Below, in pieces: positions 14,201 through 27,369 of a DNA stretch of 64,000 nt. How positions within the stretch are numbered: position 1 is the stretch's first letter; every line of letters starts with the position of its first letter. Location: contig OZ037772.1 of the NCBI GenBank assembly GCA_964035545.1, forward strand, positions 7,672,889 to 7,736,888. Direction: 5' to 3'. The translations under genes were made by a program, and so were the position numbers. This DNA is from Bugula neritina (lineage: Eukaryota > Animalia > Bryozoa). Below the pieces are notes generated by a model. The model searched no databases, was not told the DNA's origin, and saw nothing but the letters and a program-made list of their open reading frames with translations.

Positions 14201-16719
14201 CAAAATTAAAATCTCAACCTGACAATAATGTTTACTAATTTTGACTAAACAATTATGAAGATTGGTAAACTAGTTTGGAAGTTTGTTGCTTTTGTAAAAC
14301 ACATATTATAATTGTATTTTAAGCTCATCTATTTATCAAAAATATGCTTTATAATTTAGGTAAATGTTTTTATGTTCATTATGAAGTAAAACACACTTTA
14401 TCAGTTATTGCTTTGGACAGATCATTGTGTGGAAGAGGTGGCCACGTCCCTCTCTTTTGAAACTGAGTGCACATGTCCTCTGGCTTGCCAAGAGTCGCAG
14501 TATCTCAGTTCAGTTACTTCTAGTCAGTGGCCTGCCAGAAACTATGAGGTACATATTTATTTTACCTAATTTCAATTATCTCCACTCTGTTCTATTTGGT
14601 AGCAGAATATTTATCTTATTGCATTGAGTTTAATAATAAGCTGCCCCATGCGCAGCCCTGTCATGCACATCTTTCACATAATATATGTGGACACCACTTA
14701 TATAGTGTACCAAATGGCTCATAAAAATTCATGCATGAAATGGTTAACATGTTACTTCCTGTTTACTATCTCACTTATCCTGTTTAGTATGTGGCTTCTT
14801 CTTTAACATGTCATTTCCTGAATATTATGCTTCTGCTCATTATTCCATTTCCTGTTTACTTTGTCACTTCCTGTCTGGAATTTCATTTTCTGCCTAAAAT
14901 CTCACTTCCTTTTTAGTGTGTCACTTCCTGCTCAGTATTTCATTTCCTGTCTAATATGCCACACCCTGTTTACTATATGCCACTTCTTGTCAAGCACTTC
15001 ACTTCCTGTTTAGCATCTCACTTCCTGTTTAGTGTGTAATTTTCTTTTTATAAATATTATATGTAATCAATAATAGAGATTTTTTATGCATCAATTTTTA
15101 AAGAATAGACACATACTTTAATGTCTGACATTGTGTGACAAAACAAGTAGCAATATGTCTTAGTTGTGCTTATATGGGCAAAACTAAATTGTTGGTAAAT
15201 TACACGCACATTAAGTAATGATCATTTTATACTAATTTTTAAAATGTCTACATCACACAAATTACTCACAATGACTGGAACTATTAAACCAGCTTATATA
15301 GTTACTAGTATTATTGGCTGGCATTGTTGAAAAAAATTAGTTTACTAGCTTTAATTTTTTTTCAGTTTGAAAAATTAACCGAGCTAATTGGCGCTGCTCA
15401 ATAATATTACTGAAATGACCTTTTTAAAAGTAGCTGCTCCATTTTTGAAAATATTTCAATGATTGCAAGTTTTAAATTTTATAGTTGTATATTTCAAACT
15501 CAATAAAGTGAAGTCATCGCGTAGCTAGATTTTCTGCAGCTGAATATTGTTTTCTGACTGATTCAATTATAATTGGAGTTATCAGCTTTTTATTGTTGTC
15601 AACAGCCATATTGGAAGCAGTCGATGCAAAGTAGAGGAGGTGCTCTGAAGAAACTGCTGGACAAAGACTCTACAATGTAAGAAAGATGAGTATTTTTTAT
15701 AAAATAGTTGTTGACAAATGAATATTTTATCAGATTAACTGTAATAATTGATAGAACTAAAAAAAATTTTCAATAAATTATTACTCGAGTCAGTTTATCA
15801 GAAAAAAAAATTTAATTTAAATTTTTTTTATTGATATGGTTAAAATTTTATAATTTAAATTAAAAATTTTAACATGATAAATTTATAACTTAATTTATGT
15901 AATTCTAAAGTCTAAAACAAATTGTTGTTCTGCATTTAGAGTTTTTCTAATTTATTTAGTAGAATCATCATGTTTTTAGTTGAAGTCATATAGAAATATA
16001 TATTATTTCAGTTACTGTTAAATAAATTTATACACGGTTGGTGGCTAAATAAAAATTTGTTTAGAAAAATATATTACATTAACCTTTTACAAATATGCTT
16101 GTAGAAAACTGAGCGAGGAGTTTTTAAAAGTGGACATCTATTTTAATACTTTAAACTACCAGCATTACAAAGAGAAAGCCAGCATGACTGTAAGTATTAA
16201 AAGTTATCTCTCTTTGATTATAAGTTTCAACCGTATACTTACATAATATTATACTAGCACATGTATTTTGAGACATTTCCGTAGCTTTTCAAGTTGATTT
16301 TAAGTTACTTTTGCTTTTTATTCTATACAAGCCTTCATGTCATTTTGGAGAAAATTGTGTGTGATAGCTGCAATTGTTCAATGTTTAACGCCATCTTTCA
16401 TGTAGAAAATTTACATGTTACATGCATAATCTTTTTGATACCACAAATTAAGAAACCAGCAACACTTTTTAAGCACATCACAGGTGGTTATTGACATTTC
16501 AAATATATAATTATTTGTCAAAAAATACATTTTTTCTAGTTTGAAGATTTAGTCGGAAGTATTGGCGGCCATCTTGGCTTATGGATCGGGATGTCGATAA
16601 TATCATTTGTAGAGGTCTTTGAGTTGATTGTGGCTCTGATAGCAGTTTGCACAAAAAATGTGTATCGAAGGAAAAAGAGGAAACACAACTTTCAAACTGA
16701 ACTACACAAAATGACATAA
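5224..16719 (+). CDS. DEG/ENaC (degenerin/ASIC-like amiloride-sensitive channel family) subunit, 14 exons, 1019 aa, with a large mucin-like insertion
   Basis: Exons 5224-5322, 7636-7770, 8141-8303, 8901-10417, 10824-10962, 11283-11349, 11889-11992, 12475-12638, 13417-13518, 14011-14116, 14421-14548, 15606-15676, 16105-16189, 16540-16719. All are GT-AG and phase-compatible, totalling 3060 nt. Hallmarks: FSENTSAHG (HG motif), TM1 IVWVLLFLTGICVFGYF, FPAVSFCNLN, GHDIEEMLLECTF, YGNCYTFN, Cys-rich thumb (GCFKTCLQ..CGC, CTCPLAC) and TM2 GSIGGHLGLWIGMSIISFVE. Confidence 0.93.
5422..5594 (-). mobile_element. tRNA-derived SINE, copy 2 (internally deleted), in ENaC intron 1
   Basis: Reverse complement gives GGGGAGCAGCCATTGTCTAGGAGTTAGAGCATTTGGCTAGCAAGC...CATGGGTTGGAACCC and the tail ATGGTGACTATAAAC. 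Confidence 0.75.
7200..7605. repeat. Degenerate CATGTCACA/TGTGACATG minisatellite-like tract
   Basis: Many catgtcac, gtcacatg and tgtgacatg motifs in both orientations just upstream of ENaC exon 2. Confidence 0.55.
9557..10030 (+). repeat. Three coding tandem repeats (159, 165 and ~150 nt) in the mucin-like ENaC exon
   Basis: Units start at 9557, 9716 and 9881 and read NDSSS..LPTT.GSI.SATADSLS.TT....SKL.NNSDSLS.TT. Confidence 0.9.
11445..11650 (-). mobile_element. 3' fragment of an RTE-clade LINE (decayed)
   Basis: Minus strand translates in pieces as WY..IMNKEDD / EMRVKENRNWGRPMHGWQDTISKDL / AQNR, matching the RTE C-terminal pattern W(F/Y)GH..R..GRP..RW.D.I..DL..AQDR. Contains stops and frameshifts. 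Confidence 0.6.
12729..12946 (+). mobile_element. tRNA-derived SINE, copy 3, in ENaC intron 8
   Basis: AGGGAGTAGCCGTGGTCTAGGGGTTAGAGCG...GGGCTCGAATCCC...GTGATTACAAACTTGCGTGAGTT. Confidence 0.85.
14750..15035. repeat. ~21-bp minisatellite with core CACTTCCTGTTTA, in ENaC intron 11
   Basis: About a dozen degenerate copies of (t)cacttcctgttta. Confidence 0.8.
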
Positions 16720-18584
16720 TCATAAGCTTCATACTTATTTAAGGTGATATATATTTTGTAATTCTTAACGAATATTGACAGCAAAAGCAACTATGGGTTT
16801 GATCTGTCTTTTCAACTTGCTTCTTCGAACTTCTTTGAGCAATATTGTTTTTTGTTTCTCATCTTATATACTTGTAAATGGAAGGTTTTGCTTTTTGAAA
16901 AACATAGCTCTACATATATAATCGTTGAACTGTATAGTTGTGTATATCTTAGTTGAATATGATTATATAATTGGCTATGATGCTTTCATAATATCTTTTT
17001 TATTTAATCTCATGCAAATGCACAGAACTTTTATAGAATTTGCTTCATTTTGTAAAATAAAAATAAACTGCATGTGATTATTTAATCACAAATGCTGTTG
17101 CTAAGTGATTTTTAAATATTTTTGCATAATTTAAACAAACTATACTGCAGTCCTGATACACCTTTGATCATAACAGTTTACTTAGATCCTAGCGGTGAAT
17201 AAATTAAAAGTCAATAGCAAAATATGCTTTTATATCAAGCTATACTTCAATATAAAAACTCACCCCCTATAAAATTCTTCCAAATATTTGATTATTAGAT
17301 AGTTTTTGTTGAATCGCCGATATTTTTTGGCAGCTATTCATCATTAAAAGTGTTTTGTTGATCAAATAATTGATTGCAGGTGTTTGTGGGAAAAGTTGAC
17401 AAATGATACAAGCAATCTCTATTTTCTAAAAATTGAAGAATAATTAAATACTGCTAGAAAATGCAATTATAGCAATGCTGTTTTTTACTTTTGGTGGTCA
17501 TCTAATAGCGATTTGAAATAAACTGAACTGCTGGTTACTTATACACTATAGCCAAAAATAGAACTGCAAAAAAGCTTTTTCCCTTAAAATAAACTAGTGG
17601 TAGATATAAATAGAGACAAATTTTATTTGACTATTTTAGCTTTCATTGTTTTTTTAATTAAAATATTTTTTTCTAAACTTTGCAGCATGTAATGAAGAGC
17701 AAACACAATTGTTATTATCATGTAAGCAATAGTGTGACAATACAATTTTAAGACGTAGTTGCATAGTTGAATTGTCAACCTTATTCAATTCGTATAAATG
17801 TGCTAATTTAATGTAACATTTTTTCTTCAGTGAGCATCACGTACACTTCACTGCAAAATACTAATTCTACTAAAAAAAAGAAAAACGCTGCTAAACCAGT
17901 AAATATAGAATGCATGAATAGACACATAGTAATAGTTTTAAAACCAGTGTCTAGCTTATATAGAAGCACAATTGATGCAGTTTACTCACACGACTTTATA
18001 TAACATGCAAAAATCAGATAATTAATTTCATGAACACATATCTGATTGCGGCAGCATTTTGTTATTAGTTATAATACATTCATAAACTATATTTTGTACT
18101 ATACTTTTTTTAATTCTCCAATAAAATAGGTCGATACAAAATGCAATCAATGAGATATTATTAGAAAGCATGCATGACCAATTGTTAAGGTACTATAAAA
18201 GGAGCTAAACATGCATTTTATTAAAACAACTTTTTTTCTCAAAATATTTCATGCAAACCAAGATTACAATGCTCTTATAAATTGAGTTATTTTTTAGCAG
18301 TTGTGCTATGCATGTCAGATGTAAATGCTTCTGTATAGAAATGAATTATAGTTCTTTTCTGACTATATATAGTTATTATACAATTTAAAGTTTATTGACA
18401 AAATAAAATGAAAATACATTTTTCATATAGGCTTGTGCAACATTCTGCATGTTGCAAATTAATATGTTTCAATGCCGTGATTGCTATAAGTTTCGTTTTG
18501 TTTGTGCAGAAGCAAAGAAGAAAGTTGCGTTTGTTGATGTTTATCAGTATGACGAATCTTTTATTTGATGGATAAAAAACAATT

Positions 18585-20360
18585 TTATTTAGTGTCTCTA
18601 GATTGTAGGGAAAGACGATTGGTTTTCTCAGAGGTTAGGCTTCCTTTTATCGAGCTTTTAGCTGTTTGCGGAAGATGAGATGAACTGTCCCCTACAACTT
18701 TCTGGGAGTCCTGTGATGATCGAACTCCGGGAACTTTAGACTTGATGCGCCTTTTAGAAGATTTGGAGTCTTGGGGAGGTCGTTTTTCTTCTAATGTTAG
18801 AAGCTTCTTTCTAATTTTTGCGGTATTTGATTCAGAAATAGCCGGAGAATGTGCATCAAAGACCTGAGAACTTCTTGCCGACTTTGTCCCATGAGTTGAT
18901 TCTCGCTGAGTCGAAGCTTTGTAATCTATGTTTTCCTGAATTGACTTTTTGTAATCAGTATCATGGAGTGACACAGAATTAGATCCTGGTGGAGGAAGCA
19001 TAGAAGCTGATAATGTTTTTTTAACAGAACCTGATCCTAGGGGAGATTTAACAGTGACAGTTGGTAAAGGGTTGTTTTTATCTCGTTCTACTTTTGGAGA
19101 GAATTTTGAAGACTGTGGACCACCAACTGATAATTCTGACTGAGTGATTTTTTTGTGTTTATGCCGACGCTCCTTTTTCTTTTCTTGAGCTTCTCCCTTT
19201 GGCGATTGGGGGAGCTACAAGCAAAAATATATTTGATGTACTTCCAAAGCTAATCAGCAAAACGGTCTATGCTTACTAAGTAATATAAGTAACTAACAGC
19301 ATTTTATTTTTAAAACTTTTGTAATATACCTCAGATAATTTTTTTTCCTCAACTTCCAACTGATAGTACAAGTCTCCATACAGAATCTGCAAGAAATTAT
19401 TTCGAGTGATAACAGAAAGTTTATGCATGAAAAAATTCAACAGTATTCCAATACTTCTATCACTTATTCTCTAAATGGCATAACAATTAGACTATCCATG
19501 TACAACTGGCATTACAGGCAAAATATTTTTTGCAATGAATAAATTGCCCAGATATTTTCCACCAATAAAAATAAAGATAATGAAAGTTCAAAAAAAATTA
19601 TTGTCTTAAAGACCAGGATCTTTAAAGATATATACAACACTACATAATTATTGCACAAAACAAGATATAACATATTTCTATAAAATATTTCTTTCCAAAT
19701 TCAAGTTTTGATGCAATTTATTTGATGTTTCTACATCTCATTAAAAATATTTTCCAAGTGTGATTCTTTTTATATATTACAATATTATCTTTTATATAAA
19801 ATTGTTAATTTTTACCTCATAAGGCTTGTTATCTTCATAATTTTCTTTAGTCCCATCATCAGACGAGTTCTCATTAAGTTCTGATTTTTTCATAATAACA
19901 GGTTCAACCAAAACATCTGCCAAAGCATATTAATTTTATAATGAAGATAGTAATTCTGCAACTGAACAGAAAAGAGTCGTTTTGCAACTTTAAAGGTTTT
20001 TAAAAAGGTGATAACTGTGTGTGCGTGTGTGTCTGTGTGTGTAGGTTTCAAAAGAGCGAAAGTATTTATATACATAGCTATAAAATTGTAAATGTGTAAA
20101 TACAAGAAAAGCAGTAAAAAGTTTTTTAAAGCAGAGTCTAGCAGGCAATTGAAACTCACTGTTGAAGTTTTTTATGTAATATATAATGACAGCGCAAATA
20201 AGAACAGCAACAACCATGGCAACTGCAGCCACTATGGCAATACTAGTTTGGCCGGAGATGTCGTTTAAAGTAGTTGGGAAAACAGTACTTGTACTCATCA
20301 GAGCTGCAGCTTGTCGTTTTCCAAAAAATCTGATCGGTTCTTCAAAAGCAGTGTTCATAA
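18585..20360 (-). CDS. Unit A: single-pass membrane protein module of the family (short stalk, TM, Tyr-motif and Ser/Lys-rich tail) with no NHL exon; 5' end unresolved
   Basis: Exons 20360-20160 (TM IAIVAAVAMVVAVLICAVIIYYI), 19880-19816 (..ENYEDNKPYE), 19386-19330 (ILYGDLYYQLEVEEKKLSE) and 19214-18585 are phase-compatible and open. A possible upstream exon lies at 21643-21573. Confidence 0.7.
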
Positions 20361-22194
20361 CTGTAAAGTAGCCCAATAATTTAGTAACAAAGGTAGATAC
20401 AATTCAGAAGAGACTCACAGCTCAAAAATATTTCTTTATTTCATCGGTAGATTTTTTGACTAAATGCGTTTTTTTTAAAATATATAATGAGTTTGCAAAA
20501 ACCATGTAATTAGATTTACTGAAACATACAGCCTATGATGAAGTTTAAACAAATTATAACAGAGGATAAGAGCAAATCTTGTAAATGTTACTTTATCCCA
20601 ATCTTCTTATTTATTCTTTGATTAATTTACCTTTCTATTAGTTAATCTAAGCATATACACTAATTAATTGTAAATTTGTTTACATTCAAAGCCCATGCTA
20701 GAGACATTATCATAACAATTTCTTTATGGAGCTATTTAGTAATATTTAATTTTTCAAAATTTATTGAGGAGTTGAAGGTAATTTATTTTTATAGAGAGTA
20801 AACTATGCACAGCTTACTATCATTTTATGATTGCTATTTCTATGCTTGGTTTAACCAAGTTTATAAACGAAAGTTTTCTTCTGGAAAATGCATAAGTGAA
20901 AAATTTAGCCTAGCGTTTAACTGAGAAGCATCCATCTGGGATGACAACAGGTTTATAGCATATTTCTCTAAGTTCAAATTAAGCTTTTAATAAGGAAGCT
21001 TGGCAGATAGCTCAAAAGCATCTGTACCTATATGAGTAAATACCTTTTTGTGACAAGCACGAGCCGATTTCTAATACCTGTTTTAACTTTGCCTTTGAAT
21101 AATTTAGGCTCCTGATGTTTTGATTCTGTTTTGAAATATTAATTGTGAGTTACTCTTGAGCTGCCACTTTAAAAAAACTTACGCTTGTTATTTTTACAAT
21201 CAACCAGCATGCAACATTTTAGAAAATACAAAATTGAAGGTTAGCAATCTATTTTTAACTTCAAATTTGTAATTGAATTTTCATGAAATTTATTGTTATG
21301 CTACACAACGCTTTATCACAAAAAATAGACATTTGAAAAAAGGTATTAAACCAGGTTTTTTGCAAAAAAATTGATTACAACTTTAAACATAAACAATTGC
21401 AAAACATCAGTCTTGCTTTAGCTTCATCACCTATAAGTTATATTCCATGACCTACCAAAATTATTTTTCACGTTTTTCAGAGTTTGTGCAAAACACTTTC
21501 TACACACATTTATAAAAACACCTTGAGATTGACCTATTAACAAAAATAGGTAATACATATTGAAAACCTTACCTGAAAACTATGTAGAGCATTTGTTTTG
21601 AAACTTAGTCCAAGTACGCAAAATTCTGCGATAGCTAATAACCCTAATTTTTTTAAAAAATGATAACTATTTGAAACTGACCAGTCCTTATGCCAATAAT
21701 TGAAAATAATTCAGTCTGCATAAATATTTATTATGTAACTACAAATATTTAAATAACTTCACTGTGCACTTATAAAATTTATTAAATTGATATTGGGTAA
21801 TTTTGTTTATTATAATATTTTCATTGTACATAGAGATAAGATTTATTGTTTTATACAACCCCCAGATATAGTAGCAGTGTTTTCTAATATGATAACTGTA
21901 TCCCGCACAGGTCAGCCACAAAAGTTTGTTCCAATATAATTCAACTATTAGTCCATACAAAAAATAAGCCCTTTTTGACTTTCAGTAACAAATAAGAAAA
22001 AAACAACATTTTATTTGCAGACAGTTTTACTGCAAATTTGAAATGATTTACTAAATACAAAAATTATCTATGAGGCAAATAAAGACATTCAATTTTTTAG
22101 TGCGAGTGTTTTTATTACACTTCAGCAGGGCAAAAAATAATATAATTTTCTAAAGTTTTTCTAATGGTTAATTATTTTGACTTGGTCAGTTGCT

Positions 22195-25100
22195 TCATTT
22201 AGACTGTTGATTGTGTTTTTTAGCGCCTTGCTTTGATAATAAACTTTTTGACTGTGAAAATGCAGTGATGAGATTTTGTATTGATGGCACATGCTTTAGG
22301 TCTAATGAAGCTCTTAATAACAAATTTTCATCCCCAGAGGATTTTTCAGGCCTCTGAGATGTTACTGGCACACCATAAATAGCAGGAACTGGTGAGGAGT
22401 CCTTCTTTGTTTTAGAAAAAGACTTATTGGCTCTGAGGCTAATATATTTGTAGATTAGTATAGGCAGCTCTGTCAGTTCCAACTAATTCTTTTGCTCACC
22501 ATGCAGAAGGCATGTAAACTTTATTTTCTTCAACTTTGTCAGTTGAAACAGGTTCACTTGGTGTTTTAGCAGTGTAACTGCTTGGAATTGAATCTTTTGG
22601 TTCTTTTTTAGAATATGAAATAGGCATTTTTGGCCTTTTTAGAGATTCTATTCTCTTTCTACTAAGCAGAATCTTTTTATATGACCTCCATGACATCTTC
22701 TCATGCGGTGTAAGAAGAGAATTTTCTGTTTTAGTACTCGGAGACTCTGATAGAAGACTGTTCTTCTCCAAGTTTGTGTTTCGTGAACTTTTTGAATGTT
22801 TACTTTTTGTTTTTCTTGCTTTTTTGTGTTTCTCAGAAGAAGGCTGTAAAAAATAATTGCTTAATATTTATATGCAATTAATACAAATTAAATTGTGTTA
22901 ACTTGCTGTGTCTTTTACTCTAGTTAAACTATTGTTTGCATTCTGAAGATTTTTTAAACGAAAAGTTCTGCAAATGATGTGTTGCCTGCTGTATGATACG
23001 AAAGTTTCTGAAAAAATATGTTTTGTTTACATTTTACTTATACTATATTTAAAAATATCAACTATTAAATACATAGATGTTTAAAAACAAAACGAAACAC
23101 AAGCTAATAATATTTGTAAACATTATTCTAACAATCTGGTGCATTTATTGCCAACAATAACTATTATATATGTATATAATTTATTTAAAATGAAACTGTT
23201 AGACATTTTGAAAACCAAATATAGGCCTAACTAATTCATTACTATGCTCTTGCTGCAACAGGCTTTTCATTCTATTGAACAGCCATATGCTAGCTCTACA
23301 AGGAGCAGCCGTGGTCTAGGGGTTAAAACAATTGCCTATACTAAGCACAAGGTCATGGGTTCGAGCCTGGATAAAGGTCATTGGTGATGTTAGAAAGAGC
23401 ATCTAGTCATACATAGTTGCTCCTGTGCCTCATTTAAGTAAGTTTATAGCTGGCTTATTAACAAAAACCTCTTTCATCAGGAGTTTCTCACAAGGATAGT
23501 GACCATAAACTTGCATAAATTGTTTACGCTACCTATACAGATAAGCGCTGCAAATATGCCTACAACTTTATTTTTTATATCATTAATGATAGGTTGAATA
23601 CTATGAGCGACTTTTGAAAATCTCTTTTAAATTTTGCAAAGCCTAGCTTTTGGAAAAAACTTGAAATAATCGTCTAGATTGAAGATACACCAGAAGACCA
23701 ATTACAAACTTTTAGAAGTAGATCTTCAACGTCAAACACCAACACAATACACTTGGTCAATTCTACAAAAAAGAATGTTAGTAAATAAGAAGTTATACCT
23801 TTTTAGATTTGTTAGTGTGAGGTTTTTTTCTTCGATGACTTTCTTTATGTAAACTTGTGACTGGAATAGCTGTTTTTCCTAGAGATTACAAAAGTGAATT
23901 CGAGTCAACTTATACTTTGTGCGGCTAAATATGACGGCATTTAGATTGCAGTAATTTATCTAAGCCAGAAAAAAATTAAAAGAAATGACTTGCAATATTT
24001 GTTCAGAGAAAAAACAAAATCTGGGATTACTTACTCTTTGATTTCAAGTAAATAACAAAAGCAAGCCAAGCTAAAATTGAAGCTATTGCTGCCATAACTA
24101 ATGCTACAACCAAGTTTATTTGACTGGACTGAGTTTGTGATGTAGGAGTTGTGCTAGCTGTATTTCCTTGAGTTGTTGGAAAAGTATGTTGTGTAGTAGC
24201 TCTCTTTGCGTTTGTTGATGTAGTAGTTGTAGCTATTCTGGTTGTTAGCGAAGTCTTCACTGTGGTTGTTGCTGTTACTACAAATTAATAGGAAGAGAGG
24301 TAGTAGTTTAGTAGTGATAGATTAAATACGAATACATGGAAGATGCTTATATGTGATAATATTAGCAGCAGTAATGAACTTATATGACCAAATAATTTCA
24401 AATTTATTGTCTGCAGAGTATTTATATCTACTGATATATTAACATAAATAAGTGTTGAAGTATAAAAAATAAATTAGGTGAAGCAATAAACAAGGTCTTC
24501 ATTAGGTTTCTAAAAAATAAAAACGCAAACTATCAAATATTTAAATGTTGTAAATACTTAGATATCTACTCAACTAAAATAACTTTGCAAAAACATGTCC
24601 GTTATTCTTCAAAATTAAAAGGAAATTAGAAACCTTCTGTTGCAGTTGATGTTGCAGTAGTAACGGGAGTCAAAGTGTTAATTGAGATATTGCTCAGCAA
24701 GCTGCATGAAAAAATCTTCCAAATTTGAGAACATAATATATTGTTGTTTTCAATGTATTGCTTCTAATATTAAACGTAGAAGAAAAAGAAGACAAATTAA
24801 AAATTTTGAGCTAAAGAAGAATAAAATACAAAAAGAAAAAGCAAAAAATGTACTGTTCAATAGCTTGAAGCCAGTAATGAGACAGCCCGACTTTCTATAG
24901 GATAAAGAAACATATAATAACTAAGTTTTTAGTCATTTAATGTCAAAACAATGCGTTCTATAAAGACTTTAATTTACTTTGAACTTCGCATATAATACTA
25001 TATATACTTACTTTTATATTTTAGAGAGAAAAAAGCGCCATCCGATGTTACTACAACTTCATCATTTTCCGGAACATGAATTAGGTGTCCCGGGGATTTC

Positions 25101-26158
25101 AGTAGGCAGTCTGCAGGTGTGCCATCCATATAAAGATCATTATTAGGTGACCTTGGCACGCAAATTGACGATATGGTAAATGATTTCAGATTGCCTATTC
25201 GAATCACATTGTTCCCAGTATCCGAGAGAAGAAATACATCATTATCTAAAAATAGTAAATGCTCAGGGTAGTGTATTGATGCCTCTGAAAGCATTCCGTC
25301 GTTATGCATATTACTCTCTCCAAAAACAACTTCTTCTTTAGAGTTTCGTATCCGCGAAACCTCCTTGCTACGGATTAGGTAAATATCGTTATTTGAAGGA
25401 TGGAGTGCGAAGCTCTCAACACTTGACTCTACTTGATGAACTGTCACTAGTTGCCACTGATTTGAGTTTCCTCCTTTGTAAATCCGTCGTAAACTCGGTC
25501 GATTATTATCAAAGAACCAAATATCTTGGTTCTTGCCTTTAATCAACTCAACAGGGTGACCTATTTGTGCTGTACGAGGGTCTCCATCTTCGTGCCCTTT
25601 ACTACCACATTTACCAATGAGTTCAGATGTTCTCATCAAATTCCTATCTATCAAACGAATGCAATTGTACGAGTAGTCAGCCACAAAAATTTGTGTGGAA
25701 TGAGATGGGTTCGTAATTAGACCTCTTATATTACCAAAGCGGGCCTCAAAATTAGGTCCTTCTTTGTACCATCTTAATGTAAGGTTTCCAGCTACTGGTA
25801 TCAGATGTTTAAAATCTTCTGTTTTGAAAATGCCAAAACCTGCCGCTACTAGATAAGTCCCTGGATTACTGGTGTTTTCTGTCACATATTGTATTAGAAT
25901 GGTTTGAAACTGTATACCTTCAATTGGTTTTCTTCTTACAAATGTGAAATTCAATCTGAAAATAAAATAATATTTATTTTTATTTAATTATTTTGTAGAA
26001 ATTATTTTGTAGAAATTATTCACAATGTTTTTCTTTTAAATTGATATTTAGAAATGCCAGACAAAAACTTACCTGCCTGCTTCAAAGCCTACGATTGTCT
26101 TGCCTTCTTCAAGATGAATAAAAGTCAGAACCTGAGCAGAGTAAGATATTTGTGGCAT
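22195..26158 (-). CDS. N2: NHL-repeat type I membrane protein with long Ser/Lys-rich tail
   Basis: Exons 26131-26073 (VLTFIHLEEGKTIVGFEAG; in-frame ATG at 26158, true first exon uncertain), 25955-25012 (NHL), 24277-24035 (Thr stalk, TM LVVALVMAAIASILAWLAFVIYL), 23878-23799, 22843-22500 and 22438-22195. Confidence 0.8.
23300..23520 (+). mobile_element. tRNA-derived SINE, copy 4
   Basis: AGGAGCAGCCGTGGTCTAGGGGTTA...CATGGGTTCGAGCC...GTGACCATAAACTTGC. Confidence 0.85.
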
Positions 26159-27369
26159 ATTATAAAATAGACAATTTTTTGTAAATAGACAATTTGCAAT
26201 CTATACTATATAAGTGTTATCTTACAACTTGTTTCAAAAACACGCTCAAAGCAACTACAAAAAATGTTTTGATAGTGCAAAACAAGCACAATGTTTGTTA
26301 AATTTCTCAAACTACAATTGGTTAATCAAATTATGTTTTACGTTCCACCAGAATTTATAGAGAGCAACAACATAAATATTTTGTTTAGAAGGTGCTCTGC
26401 AAATGGCAAACATAAGATAGCAAATGATACATTTCTTTCACCTTGTAAACAACAAAATTAAATCTTTATTGTTTCCTTTAATCACCTATAAGTATTCATA
26501 TTGCTATAAAATGATATTGTCCACAAGTAAAGCCTAAGTTGGTTTGGCATGCATCTTATCTAAACAAAACAATGCGAGCTATGTAATATATACTTGTAGT
26601 ATTTCACTTACAAATAAAAACACTTGGATCAAGTTTCTGTTTGCTGTAGAAACTTTTTCTTTGAATAATGATATGTTAATTATGCTAAAGTAACAGTTAG
26701 AAATAAAACTGATATTCATAATCATTACTAAACGCAGCTGTTGTTTTACTCTACCTACAAACTAATTTTTAATAAATAAAAAGCTGAGTATTTTTTTTTA
26801 CTAAAATTGAATTTGAAGAATTTGTTGGCAGTAGTTTATAGAAATTTAAAATATGTTATAGTATTTTATTTTAGTACATATGTTATATGTATTTTATGTT
26901 ATAGTACCAACATCAATAAAGAAGACTTCAATTATGAGCATCATATTTTACTTTGACACATTTTTATATTATGTTTCATAATGACAATACAAATAAAATG
27001 AATTATAAACATGCATGTAATCATCAGAAAAATAAATATATCATATTTATCTTAAATGTTCTGTACCATTTAAATAAATATTTTATTTAAACTATTGTTT
27101 AGTAATAAATATTCACCAGTAAACAAAATATTCAGTTAATTTTTAAATGCTGAAGATATCTAATATGTATCAGAACAAAAATATTATGTATTGTTTCTGT
27201 TTTTAAATAACATAAATATTGCATCATCAATCATTAACAAAACTATCTCATTTTTGAATTGTGTTCCTACAAAACAGGTTTTAATGACAACTCTTTACAC
27301 ATAGGCTACTGATGAGTAAATGAGTTTCAATACTACAAATCACTATTTCTTTTTATCAGATATTTAAGA

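Noticed and set aside
20362-21570. Remnant NHL exon for unit A
   Set aside because: I found no recognisable NHL motifs on the minus strand by eye; tBLASTn with the paralogs would settle it.
24633-24701. Extra Thr-rich stalk exon in N2 (LLSNISINTLTPVTTATSTATE)
   Set aside because: It needs a phase-2 donor, whereas the family donor is phase 1. It is possible through an alternative donor at 25008 but unsupported.
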